DNA of 64,000 bases from Candidatus Heimdallarchaeota archaeon (GCA_030603365.1 JAUVXV010000004.1:192001-256000); one strand, 5' to 3'. Positions 39,147 through 49,156 are shown, counted from the stretch's first letter. Numbers and translations: made by a program. Notes: generated by a model from the letters alone, not told the origin.

Positions 39147-41198
39147 ATGTCTGAAGAAAAATGGGTAATAACGGCTGCTTGGCCATACGTAAATAACGTT
39201 CCACATTTGGGAACCTTTTCCCAATTACTCTGGGGCGATGTAATTACTCGTTATCATAAATTAAGGAAACATGATGTAGTCTATGTTAGTGGTTCTGATG
39301 CTCATGGAACCCCAATAGTGGTAGCTGCGGAATCTGAAGGTCTTACTCCTAAAGAACTTGCATTCAAATACCACAACCAAGTTCTCCATCTTTTGAATGA
39401 GTGGAACATTGAATTTGATAAATACACAGTTACACATAATCCAACCCACATATCATTTGTTCAAAACTTTCATAAGAAAATCCATGAAAATGGATATTTT
39501 AATCTAAGAGAAACAGAACAGTTCTATTGTGAACACGATAATAGATTCCTTCCAGATAGGTTTGTGGAAGGAAGATGTCCAAAATGTGGTTTTGAAGGAG
39601 CAAGAGGGGATCAATGTACTAATCCAGAATGTGAAGTAATTCTAAAACCTACAGAATTAATCAATCCTTATTGTATAACTTGTAAAAGAGAACCATCACT
39701 TAGGAAGACTAGTCATTGGTATTTTGATCTTCCAGCATTTACAGAAGAGTTACAAAAATTTCTTTCTGAAAATAAACATATTCCTCCATTCGCAAAACAA
39801 AAACTTCTGAGTATGATTGATGAAGGATTAAAAGAACGACCAATATCCAGAGATATGACTTGGGGTATTTCAATAGATCCAATTTTCGGTGAGGAATTTG
39901 CAAATAAGGTTCTTTATGTTTGGTTTGAAAATGTTCTTGGTTATATTAGCACTGTCAAATTACTTGCAGATGAACAAGGAAAACCTGAAAGATTTGAAGA
40001 ATTTTGGTTTGATAAAAATACAAAAACTGTTTTCTGTATTGGAAAAGATAATATCATCTTCCATGCTCTGCTTTTTCCAGCAATGCTTTTAGCAACAAAA
40101 GATCCTTATCCTTTACCTTATGCTGTAGCAACTACGAATTTCATAAATTTCAAAGAAGGACCTTTTTCAAAATCGCAAGGTATAGGTATCTGGTGTGATG
40201 AAGCTATTGAAATACTTCCTGCTGATTATTGGAGATATTACTTAAGTGTAAATCGGGCAGAGCTCAAAGATTTCTACTTTGATTGGGACGTCTTTGCTTC
40301 AAATGTCAATGTTGATCTAAATGATGTTACTGGGAATTTCATTCACCGAACGATTACTTTCATTAATCAACATTTTGAAGGGAAAATACCTGAGAGAGGT
40401 GATTTACTCGAAGAAGAAAAACTATTGATTAAGAACATCAAAAATAGCCTTCTCGAATACATTGAAGCCATGGATAATTTCAAGATTAAAGATGCAACAA
40501 ATATAGCCATAAATATTGCTCGTTTAGGTAATCAATATTTCTCCTCAACAGAACCCTGGCATCTAATCAAAAATAACAAGGAAAAAACAGCTACAGTTCT
40601 TAATATTTCAGCAAAAATAGCAGAAATAATATCGGTTCTACTTTGGCCAATAATTCCAGAAACATCAGAAAAAATCTGGACAGCTTTAGGATTTAATGGC
40701 AGTCCTACAAATAAAGGAATTGACCAAATAGATTTGGAAGAATTGAATGTAGGACAAAAAATTGAGAAAATTAAGCCAGTTTTCTATAAGATTAAAGCTG
40801 ACGATACTCGAAAGAAACTAGAAGAGATAAGAGCTAAAACAAAGAAGAAAAAACAAAAAAGTGATACAAAAATGGACAGGATAAGTTTCGATGAATTCAA
40901 AAAGATTAACCTCAAAGTTGCGACTGTATTAGAGGCAGAATCAATTGAAAAAAGCAAGAATCTAATAAGACTTCAGATTGATTTAGGTGATGAGAAACGT
41001 CAAATTCTTGCTGGTATAAAGAAATACTACAAACCTGAAGATTTAGTTGGTAGACAAATAATTGTTGTTGTAAATTTAGTACCTGCTACTTTAATGGGTG
41101 AAAAATCTGATGGAATGCTTCTAGCAGCTGATATTAATGGGGAACCAATTTTACTAGATGTTGACAAAGAAGTTCCACCTGGAACAGGTATACAATAG
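39147..41198 (+). CDS. metG: Methionine--tRNA ligase with C-terminal tRNA-binding domain
   Basis: AWPYVN..PHLG, GSDAHG, Zn knuckles, YVWFE, GKDN, FSKS, C-terminal OB domain (SDGMLL). Confidence 0.97.
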   Translation: MSEEKWVITAAWPYVNNVPHLGTFSQLLWGDVITRYHKLRKHDVVYVSGSDAHGTPIVVAAESEGLTPKELAFKYHNQVLHLLNEWNIEFDKYTVTHNPTHISFVQNFHKKIHENGYFNLRETEQFYCEHDNRFLPDRFVEGRCPKCGFEGARGDQCTNPECEVILKPTELINPYCITCKREPSLRKTSHWYFDLPAFTEELQKFLSENKHIPPFAKQKLLSMIDEGLKERPISRDMTWGISIDPIFGEEFANKVLYVWFENVLGYISTVKLLADEQGKPERFEEFWFDKNTKTVFCIGKDNIIFHALLFPAMLLATKDPYPLPYAVATTNFINFKEGPFSKSQGIGIWCDEAIEILPADYWRYYLSVNRAELKDFYFDWDVFASNVNVDLNDVTGNFIHRTITFINQHFEGKIPERGDLLEEEKLLIKNIKNSLLEYIEAMDNFKIKDATNIAINIARLGNQYFSSTEPWHLIKNNKEKTATVLNISAKIAEIISVLLWPIIPETSEKIWTALGFNGSPTNKGIDQIDLEELNVGQKIEKIKPVFYKIKADDTRKKLEEIRAKTKKKKQKSDTKMDRISFDEFKKINLKVATVLEAESIEKSKNLIRLQIDLGDEKRQILAGIKKYYKPEDLVGRQIIVVVNLVPATLMGEKSDGMLLAADINGEPILLDVDKEVPPGTGIQ

Positions 41199-41397
41199 AA
41201 ATAAAATTCAAGGTAATTTTGTAATATCTCTAAAACAATGACTTGTGCCAGTTATGGGATTTTTAAACCCCTTCTCTTCCGTTTTTTTCTCACAAACACT
41301 ATACCAGAAAAACACATGAAAATAGAGAAGTATATTTCCCTAATATTACATCTCCTTTAAATACAACTCGAGGTTGAAAATTCAGAGGTGTAAAAGA

Positions 41398-41553
41398 ATG
41401 AAACTGGTCACAGTACATCTACCGGATGAATTCCTTCATGATCTGGATGAGCTTGTAAGATTAAAACGATATCCTAATCGAAGTGAATGTATAAGAGTTG
41501 CAATTCGTGATTTATTAAAAGAAGAGATGTGGAATAAGACTAACGCCTTTTAG
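41398..41553 (+). CDS. CdrS-like ribbon-helix-helix protein, 51 aa (below ORF-track cutoff)
   Basis: MKLVTVHLPDEFLHDLDELVRLKRYPNRSECIRVAIRDLLKEEMWNKTNAF; upstream TATA (TTTAAATA) and SD GAGGTG. Confidence 0.9.
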   Translation: MKLVTVHLPDEFLHDLDELVRLKRYPNRSECIRVAIRDLLKEEMWNKTNAF

Positions 41554-41583
41554 TTCCACTTCTAATTCTTCTTTATTAGAGTA

Positions 41584-42222
41584 TTAAAAGTGAATTTGAA
41601 AAGCTCTAATGAATTTTTCAGATAAAGTTAGATGTGTTCCACCGACTTGTGTTTTTCTCTTTCGAATTTGTTCAATAACCTCATCGATGTTTCTCACTTC
41701 ATTTTCGAAAACAGTATAAGCCATACCTGTGTCCTTTACCCGGTGTGCATCTGATCCTCCGGTTATAGGTAAATTATTCTGCGCTGCCCATTTTCTTGCT
41801 TTTTCATTAAAATAATCAAATGGAGAGGAACCATTTAGTGTTTCAACAGTGATATCCTTTAAACCATAGATCTTTCTTCCAATTCCTTTTCGGGTAAAAT
41901 CAAAAGGATGGGAAGCGATTGGCAAGCCGTTCAATTCGATAATTCTTTCAACAGTTTCTTCAGTAGATAATCCTTTTTTTACAGATTCTTTAATACCCAG
42001 TCCAATGATATGACCGCTCTTTGTCGAAATCTCTACTCCTGGTAATATAAGTAATCTATCATCTTTGTAATTTTGGTGATGAAACTTTGTAGTATTGTGA
42101 TCTGTAATTGCTAATCCAGATAATTTCATCTGAATTGCTTTTTTTATGATGTCTTTTGGATGACTCTTACAATCCCTAGAATAGTGACTATGTGTGTGGA
42201 GGTCAAAAGTGTATCTTTTCAT
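41584..42222 (-). CDS. PHP-domain phosphoesterase
   Basis: DLHTHSHYS, ITDHN, GVEIST, SHPF, GGSDAH. Confidence 0.92.
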   Translation of the reverse strand: MKRYTFDLHTHSHYSRDCKSHPKDIIKKAIQMKLSGLAITDHNTTKFHHQNYKDDRLLILPGVEISTKSGHIIGLGIKESVKKGLSTEETVERIIELNGLPIASHPFDFTRKGIGRKIYGLKDITVETLNGSSPFDYFNEKARKWAAQNNLPITGGSDAHRVKDTGMAYTVFENEVRNIDEVIEQIRKRKTQVGGTHLTLSEKFIRAFQIHF

Positions 42223-42239
42223 TTCAGAAGGACCTCTTC

Positions 42240-42893
42240 TCAATCTTGATTATCTTGATCTTCTTCTTCAAAAATCAGTCTTTCTAGTTCATCAAGATCT
42301 GTAATTCCAACTAAATCCTCTTCCTTGTCCTGAGAAACCCACAATTTATCTTTGTCTCCCTTTAAATCCCTCATTTTCTCTTCTAGATATTTGTATACAG
42401 TAGACTGCTTTGAACCGTTTATCAATCTGATAATACCCTCACGTATAATCTGTACTTTTCTTTGTTCTGAAATTATTCCAACTGTATTTCCAAAAACAGA
42501 AAGATAACATCCAGCTGTTTGTTCGATGATATGCCTTGTTCGTCCATTTTTTCCTATGAGTCTCGATTTTACTTCTCTTAGCGCATTAGGTGATGTTCCA
42601 ACAAAGTCCCTGAGTTGCAGTAAATCGAATCCAAACCCTGAAATATTTATTTGTAAAGCCTTTTGAGGACTAAATCCTCTACCAATTGCTTTAACCATAT
42701 CTCTAGATTTCCATAAGCTAATTGGATCTTCTAACTCTTCATCTTCAACTATTATAATTACGTCTCCACTTTGGCTGTCAACAAGTATTTTTGTATCTGT
42801 TAGTTCTTCGATCTTTTTCTTTGTGCTCCCCTTAGGACCGATAAGCACTGCAATTCTTTCCAAAGGAATTCGCACGAGAAACTCACTAGGCAT
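42240..42893 (-). CDS. pno1: KH-domain pre-rRNA processing protein Pno1/Dim2
   Basis: IAVLIGPKG, AIGRGFS, RLIGKNGRTR; adjacent to rio1. Confidence 0.9.
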   Translation of the reverse strand: MPSEFLVRIPLERIAVLIGPKGSTKKKIEELTDTKILVDSQSGDVIIIVEDEELEDPISLWKSRDMVKAIGRGFSPQKALQINISGFGFDLLQLRDFVGTSPNALREVKSRLIGKNGRTRHIIEQTAGCYLSVFGNTVGIISEQRKVQIIREGIIRLINGSKQSTVYKYLEEKMRDLKGDKDKLWVSQDKEEDLVGITDLDELERLIFEEEDQDNQD

Positions 42894-42903
42894 TTTATCA
42901 CCA

Positions 42904-43713
42904 TTAAAATTCTATAGACTTTATTTTTGGACTTGGAACTGTTCCAGTTATCTGTTCATAAAGTTCGTCATTTGGTATAACTTCAACTCTAAGAGAACTA
43001 AAATATCTATTTATATTAAGAATATCTCTATACAGAAATACGGGGGCATAAGGGTGCCCTAGAAGTACTGATTGAGAAACGTCGATAATAATTGGTTTCT
43101 TCTTGTAGAATAGAATGTTATACTCACTTAAATCAGCATGTACCATAGTAGCATCTTCATAAAGCTTGAAAAAGAAGTCAATAATATTCGAATAAATATT
43201 GTTTGGTTTACTAAGATTGACATCTTTGAGAAGAGGGGCTGCTTTTTCTTTCTTACCTATAAATTCCATAACTAAAACATTTTTCTCAACTATAATAGGA
43301 ACAGGGACTCTGATTTTTGCATTGTTCATGCGTTTTAGATTTTTATATTCTTTTCTCGCCCAAGTGTAAATAAAGGAATAAGTGCCTTTTTTATACCCTT
43401 TAAATCGTGGATCTCCTTCAACATACATCCAGTTTCTCTTGAATTCAGCTGTTGTGGTACGGTAGATTTTAATCGCTAACTCTTCTTTTTTATAACCAAC
43501 ACCATGATACACGTTAGCCTCTTTTCCAGTTGAAACACAAAAACCGATGTCTTTGATAATCCCTTTATTCATAAGTTTAACAATTAACATACTAGTTTGA
43601 AAATCGAACACACTCTCAATTACTTTAAGGGTATCCCTATCTTTTTCGCGGATACGCTGTTTATCTATTTTGTCATCTATTCTGCCAATTTCTTTGTCTG
43701 ACATTGCCTTCAC
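42904..43713 (-). CDS. rio1: RIO1 atypical kinase
   Basis: STGKEANVY, AIKIY, WARKEYKNL, VHADLSEYNIL, IIDVSQ. Confidence 0.95.
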   Translation of the reverse strand: MKAMSDKEIGRIDDKIDKQRIREKDRDTLKVIESVFDFQTSMLIVKLMNKGIIKDIGFCVSTGKEANVYHGVGYKKEELAIKIYRTTTAEFKRNWMYVEGDPRFKGYKKGTYSFIYTWARKEYKNLKRMNNAKIRVPVPIIVEKNVLVMEFIGKKEKAAPLLKDVNLSKPNNIYSNIIDFFFKLYEDATMVHADLSEYNILFYKKKPIIIDVSQSVLLGHPYAPVFLYRDILNINRYFSSLRVEVIPNDELYEQITGTVPSPKIKSIEF

Positions 43714-43859
43714 TGAAATTTATTTTGAGAGTGAGTTTTCGTTTACATAGAGTAAATAATCTAGGGGGCGATTGAACGTTATATACCTTAAAACAATATC
43801 ATATAGAAGCTAAATAAGACTATTGTTGAAGCTTAAAGACAAGTGTAAAGATATTAATC

Positions 43860-44231
43860 TTACAGTACAAAATCTTCAGGAATATGCTTGTTATTAACTA
43901 GCCATCTTACTTCATTCCTACGGAAGCGATGTACGAGTTCACCTTTTGCATCTGGATTCATCCCATAAAATGGCATGATGATTACTATATCCCCTATTCT
44001 GCACCATAGTCTCTTTCTATACTTTCCTGGAATTCTTATTTGTCTTGTAAATCCATCTAGACACTTAACAAGAAGAATACTTGCACCTAAAATTTGGAGA
44101 ACAATACCGAATATCTCTCCTTCCTTTGGAAGTTGAGCTCTGATTGCATCGGAGTCTGCAATAACCCAGTCTTTTGCTCCGGTTCCTTTTGGTCTTTTTC
44201 TTGGCTTTGTCGGTCTTTTCCTATTGCTCAA
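43860..44231 (-). CDS. eif1a: Translation initiation factor aIF-1A
   Basis: LPKEGEIFG...LGA...CLDG...RIPGKYRKRLW..GDIV. Confidence 0.9.
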   Translation of the reverse strand: MSNRKRPTKPRKRPKGTGAKDWVIADSDAIRAQLPKEGEIFGIVLQILGASILLVKCLDGFTRQIRIPGKYRKRLWCRIGDIVIIMPFYGMNPDAKGELVHRFRRNEVRWLVNNKHIPEDFVL

Positions 44232-44362
44232 ACGCTAACCTCAATTTAGAGAACTAACTTAGGTTAAAATAGTTTTTGATTAAAGGAATTCTCAAACATT
44301 TTAAAACATCCAGAACGAAACAAACAAAAAGGATAGAATGAAGAAAGGTTTGAGGTACAGAA

Positions 44363-44773
44363 ATGGACTATAAAGACTTATACGATAGAGCTAGAAATCA
44401 ACTTCCTGAGAAAGTATTTGAACAATCAAGATTAGAAATTCCTAAAATAAGCTCAGTAATTGAAGGAAATAAAACCTTTATCGTAAATATTAGAGATGTT
44501 TTAACTACAATCAATAGAGAAGCTAATCATTTTCTTAAATTCTTTGCAGGAGAGTTAGCAACATCTGTTACTATGGAAGGAGTAAGGGCAGTTTTTGCAG
44601 GAAAACATGCAAAAGTAACACTTCAGAATCTATTAGAGCGATATGTCAAAGAATATGTTATCTGTGGTGAATGCAGTAAACCAGATACAGTTCTTGTCAC
44701 CGAAGTTCGTATTCTAAGGAAGAGATGCGATGCTTGTGGAGCTTCTATGGCAGTAAAACCTCTAAGAAAGTAA
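44363..44773 (+). CDS. eif2b: Translation initiation factor aIF-2 beta
   Basis: EGNKT, ELAT, EYVICGECSKPDT, CDACGA. Confidence 0.95.
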   Translation: MDYKDLYDRARNQLPEKVFEQSRLEIPKISSVIEGNKTFIVNIRDVLTTINREANHFLKFFAGELATSVTMEGVRAVFAGKHAKVTLQNLLERYVKEYVICGECSKPDTVLVTEVRILRKRCDACGASMAVKPLRK

Positions 44774-44785
44774 TATGTAAAAAGA

Positions 44786-45115
44786 GTGTGCATTCATATG
44801 ACTGATTTCTTTATGAAAATAATAGAGCATCCAAGAGAGAAACTCATAGCAGCTTGTGATAAAGAAATCATAGATTTAGAGCTGCTTTTTAATGGAGTTA
44901 AAATTAAAGCAAGTTCCACGTTCTATGGTAAAGAACTCGTAACAGAAAAAGAATTTTTAGACGCAGTTAAATACTGTACCTCAGCTAATGTAATTGGAAT
45001 TAAAATTGTAAAACTACTAGTAAAGAATCGAATGATACACCAGGATGCCGTTTTGTGGATTGAACATCCTGATGATAAGAAGAAGAAGATCGGTCATGCG
45101 ATTCTAATAACTTGA
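44786..45115 (+). CDS. DUF424 family protein
   Basis: LIAACDKE, FYG, ANVIG; usual neighbour of aIF2-beta and nmd3. Confidence 0.8.
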   Translation: MCIHMTDFFMKIIEHPREKLIAACDKEIIDLELLFNGVKIKASSTFYGKELVTEKEFLDAVKYCTSANVIGIKIVKLLVKNRMIHQDAVLWIEHPDDKKKKIGHAILIT

Positions 45116-45161
45116 AGATACAAATGCTTATTTTACTGTAAGGGAAGGAATTTACTAGAAG

Positions 45162-46268
45162 GTGATTAAAATTTCGCAAAGAGGTCGTTTTTGTGCAGTA
45201 TGTGGAACCATAACTGGTCCTTTCTTAAACAATCTTTGCGAGACGTGTTATAAAAAAGAACATCCCTTGGATATTGAAATTATTAAAATAATTAATGTAG
45301 AAATTTGTCCTTTATGTGGAAATCTAAAAATACAAGGAACTAATATATCTACATGGAATAAAGAAGAAGGGTTAGAATCTATAGTCCGTGAGGTTGTTAG
45401 AAGGGCTATTATGGAAAAAATTCAAACAGAATTATTTTATGATTGCGAGTTCGAAGATACCATAGAAGAAGATAAAATTATGAACTATGGAGTAAAAGAA
45501 TTTGAGATTCGAACAACTATAACAGCAACTCCATTTGAAGAGTTCTCTAATTTTGAAAAGGAATTCATAACAAGGATAAAATTACTTCGAATGAGCTGTG
45601 GGGAGTGTTCTAAATACAAATCAGGTTATTTTGAAGGTATTTTGCAAATCAGGGCAGATAATAGAAAATTATACGAACGAGAAGTAGAAAGATTAGAAAG
45701 TCATATTGAAAAGATAATGGAAAGATATGCAGAATCTAATATGATGTATTTACTTGATTTTGAAATAGATCAAGATGGAATAACCTGTAAAACTAGTACA
45801 AAATATCTCGCTGAAACTCTTGCTAGAGAAATAAAGAGCATTACAGCTGGAAAGTTATCTGTTGCTTATGAATTGAAAACTATGGCGCGGGATGGTACTG
45901 ATGTTTATCAAAACACCTACCTAGTTAGACTGCCACAATATACTGCTGGAGATATAGTTGAATTTGAACGTATTTTTTGGGTTGTAAAACACATATCTGA
46001 AACAAAAATCAGATTAGAATCACTTGAAAATCGTGAGATAAAGAATTTTGCCAGAAAGATAGTTAAAGACCGTGGATTAAAAAAAAGCGATTCAGTTGTG
46101 AGTCGTGAGTATATGTTTGTTTCCTCTGATGGAATCAATGCCGTAATTATGGCCTTAGATAACTATGAGAATTATGATGATGTGTTAAAGCGCTTACCAC
46201 TAAACAAGGTAGCAGGAGATAACATCAAAGGATTCATCTATGAGGACAAAAACTACTATCTGGAATAG
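45162..46268 (+). CDS. nmd3: NMD3 large-subunit maturation factor
   Basis: Four CxxC motifs, SGYFEGILQIR, TYLVRLP. Confidence 0.9.
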   Translation: MIKISQRGRFCAVCGTITGPFLNNLCETCYKKEHPLDIEIIKIINVEICPLCGNLKIQGTNISTWNKEEGLESIVREVVRRAIMEKIQTELFYDCEFEDTIEEDKIMNYGVKEFEIRTTITATPFEEFSNFEKEFITRIKLLRMSCGECSKYKSGYFEGILQIRADNRKLYEREVERLESHIEKIMERYAESNMMYLLDFEIDQDGITCKTSTKYLAETLAREIKSITAGKLSVAYELKTMARDGTDVYQNTYLVRLPQYTAGDIVEFERIFWVVKHISETKIRLESLENREIKNFARKIVKDRGLKKSDSVVSREYMFVSSDGINAVIMALDNYENYDDVLKRLPLNKVAGDNIKGFIYEDKNYYLE

Positions 46269-46337
46269 AAACTTACTAGACTTCTGTAAATCAGATAACT
46301 TTTTTACTTATTCATTTTCATTTCTTTTTGACTATAA

Positions 46338-48128
46338 ATGACACAAGAAGACATTGCTTGGGATTTAAGTGAAATGTTCAAAGGAGCAGAAGATCCCCAA
46401 ATAGATGAATCAATGAAGGATTTAGATAAGAGGTCGGAGGAACTTAGCTCAAGATATAAGGGAAAAATAAATACCTCTGATTTCACACCTGCAGATTTAC
46501 TTGAACTTTTTCAGAAACAAGAACTGTTTATGTCCGATCTTTTTGAGTTAAGCCAATTTGCACGATTATCTTTTGCAGGTAATATGACTAAAACAGAATA
46601 CAAAACACTTCAGAACAAAGCAGAAGAATATACAACTAAAATAAGGAAGAAAATTACTTTTCTGGATTTAGAAATCAGTAAGTATGTTTATGAACATGAC
46701 AATGTTTTACAAAATCCCATTCTGACCAATTACAAACACTCACTCGAAAGAATAAAGCGAGCATATCCTCATCAATTGACAGAAATTGAAGAACAAATTA
46801 TATTAGAAAAAGATCAACACGGTATTGTAGCGTGGCAACAACTGCAATCAAAATGGTTGAACACACGCAAATTCAATGTGGAAGTGGAAGGAGAACTCAA
46901 AGTTTTAACTTACGGAGAAGCTAATGGTTTACTTGGTCATCCTGATAAGGCTACAAGGACTTCAGCTAATAAAGCAATTTATGGTTCATTAGGTAGGGAT
47001 CAAGAAATATTCTCCTCTGCCATGAAAAGCATCTGTGGAGATTGGATGAAGATTTCAGAAAGAAGAAAATATGATTCTCCAATGCATCAGAGTTTAATTG
47101 CTAATGATGTTGATAAACAAACTATTGACAACCTTATGGTCGCAATAGAAGAACATGTGGAAATTTATCGAAGATATCTGCGACTAAAAGCAAAATTACT
47201 TGATTTACCAAAACTAGGGTGTGAAGATGTGGTTGCACCTCTTCCAGACTCTCCAAATATTAAGTACACTTGGGAACAAGCTCAAGATATAATACTAGAA
47301 GCTTATGGTAATTTTGATGAGGGTTTCCATTCGACTGTAAAGGATATGTTTGACCGTAATCATATTGATGCAAGTCCTAGATTTGGGAAAAGAAATGGTG
47401 CGTTTTGCTCAACTTGGTATAATGGAAAAACCTCGTATATTTTACAGACCTTTACAGGAGCTTTATCTAATATTTACACTCTAGCTCATGAACTAGGACA
47501 TGCTGTACATGGATACTTAGTCACAAGAGAACAGACTTTCAACAACACTCGCTATCCAATGGTAATAGCTGAAGTAGCTTCTATCTTCGGAGAGTTACTA
47601 GTTACAGATCTTCTATTATCAAAAGCTAAGTCAAACGAAGAGAAAAAGGCTATTTTGAGTAGGGTTTTAGATGGTGCAGGGATGGCTACTTTTCAAGTAA
47701 GTGCAAGAGTTTGGTTTGAGCAGAGCATGTATGAAGCAATAAAAGATGGAAAACTTTTGGATGGAAAAACAATTTCAAAACTTTGGACTACTGCAAGAGA
47801 CAGAATTTATGGAGACGAGGTGGAATGGTTTGAAGAGATGGACTGGGAATGGTCTATGAAACCTCATTATTATAAATCTAATTTCAGGTTCTACAACTAT
47901 CCCTATGTTTTTGCTCAAATGTTTGTTTATGCTATGTACCAATTATATCTTGAAGAAGGAGAAGGTTTCATTCCAAAATTGAAAGAAATCCTCGAATCTG
48001 GCAGCAGCAAATCACCAAAGGAATTTGGAGAGATAATGGGATTAGATATTACTCAACCTAATTTCTGGAAGTTAGGATTAAAGCAATACGAAAGATTTGT
48101 AGATGAACTAGAAAAAATAGTCAGTTGA
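46338..48128 (+). CDS. pepF: Oligoendopeptidase F (M3B)
   Basis: WDLS, GKRNGAFC, TLAHELGH, AEVAS, FYNYPY. Confidence 0.93.
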   Translation: MTQEDIAWDLSEMFKGAEDPQIDESMKDLDKRSEELSSRYKGKINTSDFTPADLLELFQKQELFMSDLFELSQFARLSFAGNMTKTEYKTLQNKAEEYTTKIRKKITFLDLEISKYVYEHDNVLQNPILTNYKHSLERIKRAYPHQLTEIEEQIILEKDQHGIVAWQQLQSKWLNTRKFNVEVEGELKVLTYGEANGLLGHPDKATRTSANKAIYGSLGRDQEIFSSAMKSICGDWMKISERRKYDSPMHQSLIANDVDKQTIDNLMVAIEEHVEIYRRYLRLKAKLLDLPKLGCEDVVAPLPDSPNIKYTWEQAQDIILEAYGNFDEGFHSTVKDMFDRNHIDASPRFGKRNGAFCSTWYNGKTSYILQTFTGALSNIYTLAHELGHAVHGYLVTREQTFNNTRYPMVIAEVASIFGELLVTDLLLSKAKSNEEKKAILSRVLDGAGMATFQVSARVWFEQSMYEAIKDGKLLDGKTISKLWTTARDRIYGDEVEWFEEMDWEWSMKPHYYKSNFRFYNYPYVFAQMFVYAMYQLYLEEGEGFIPKLKEILESGSSKSPKEFGEIMGLDITQPNFWKLGLKQYERFVDELEKIVS

Positions 48129-48174
48129 AATACTATAATCACTTGTATGATTAAGAATGTGATGTGAAACAATT

Positions 48175-48807
48175 ATGAAGTTAAAAGAACTGTATTTTAT
48201 TCAAAAGAAAGATATAGAAAAAGCTACTGAAGTATTAATACGAGCTTTTCATGAAGATCCGCTAATTCAACTAATTTATCCAGATCCTTTGGAGAGAAAG
48301 AGATATTCCTCAGTTCTGTGGAAATTCATGATAAGAGATGGAATAACTTACGGGGAAGTTTATTCCCCTACAAGTAAAATAGAAGGAGTAGCAAAGTGGT
48401 TGCCTCCAGGAAAAGAACATATGGGAATATGGAGAACAATCAGAAGTGGGGGGTTAAAAATGGGTGTTGCTCTTGCAAAACAGAAGGATGAACGAAAACT
48501 TCCCCCTAGAAAAATTCAAGAAATTACAGATTATATTTTACAATCTCATAAAGAATTAATGAAAGAACCTCACTGGTATTTGGCAAATATAGGTGTAGAC
48601 CCAGATCATCAAGGAAAAGGATATGGTAGCAAGTTAATCAAACCTATGTTAGAAAGAATAGAAAAAGAAGGATACTCTGTATTTCTCGAAACAAACTTCG
48701 AAGGAAATGTGAGTTTATATGAACATCTAGGTTTTGAATTAGTAGATGAAATGAAAATTCCTGAAACAGAAATAATAAACTGGGCTATGATTAAGAAGAT
48801 TGAATAA
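48175..48807 (+). CDS. GNAT acetyltransferase
   Basis: HWYLANIGVDPDHQGKGYGS, NVSLYEHLGF. Confidence 0.9.
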   Translation: MKLKELYFIQKKDIEKATEVLIRAFHEDPLIQLIYPDPLERKRYSSVLWKFMIRDGITYGEVYSPTSKIEGVAKWLPPGKEHMGIWRTIRSGGLKMGVALAKQKDERKLPPRKIQEITDYILQSHKELMKEPHWYLANIGVDPDHQGKGYGSKLIKPMLERIEKEGYSVFLETNFEGNVSLYEHLGFELVDEMKIPETEIINWAMIKKIE

Positions 48808-48865
48808 GCAATAGAATAAAGAAAACCTTAAAAGAACATAAACGAGAAAAAATCGAGCACTGGTC

Positions 48866-48974
48866 GGGGACTTGGCTCAGTCCGGTAGAGTGGTTGGCTC
48901 CAGAGAACATTGCTTAGGCAATGACCACCGAAGAAACCAATTGGTCGGGTGTTCAAATCACCCAGTCCCCACCA
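48866..48974 (+). tRNA. trnW: tRNA-Trp(CCA) with 32-nt intron at 37/38 (48904-48935) and encoded CCA end
   Basis: Acceptor GGGGACT/AGTCCCC, anticodon stem GTTGG/CCAAT, anticodon CCA at 48900-48902, T-arm GGGTG-TTCAAAT-CACCC. Confidence 0.95.
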
Positions 48975-49044
48975 ATAACACTTATTTTTTAGAACTGTTT
49001 ACAGTTAGTTAAGTGCATTCAAAATAGCTCTCAAAATGTATCTT

Positions 49045-49110
49045 GGTGAGTGATGATTTCAAATTGGTTAGATGATAAATATGATTCATCTCTGGAGAAA
49101 TGAGCTCAAC
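49045..49110 (+). ncRNA. Box C/D guide sRNA predicted to 2'-O-methylate C34 and C39 of the adjacent pre-tRNA-Trp
   Basis: C GTGATGA 49050-56; D' ATGA 49072-75; C' ATGATTC 49081-87; D ATGA 49100-03; guides AATTGGTT and TCTCTGGAG antisense to the pre-tRNA; terminal TGAG/CTCA stem. Confidence 0.8.
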
Positions 49111-49156
49111 TAATACATGAGAAAAGCTATTTTGATTTCTACTTTTCATACATTAG

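Noticed and set aside
48904-48935. Box C/D guide inside the tRNA-Trp intron
   Set aside because: Only 32 nt, with no complete C box and no guide sequences; the guide lies downstream instead
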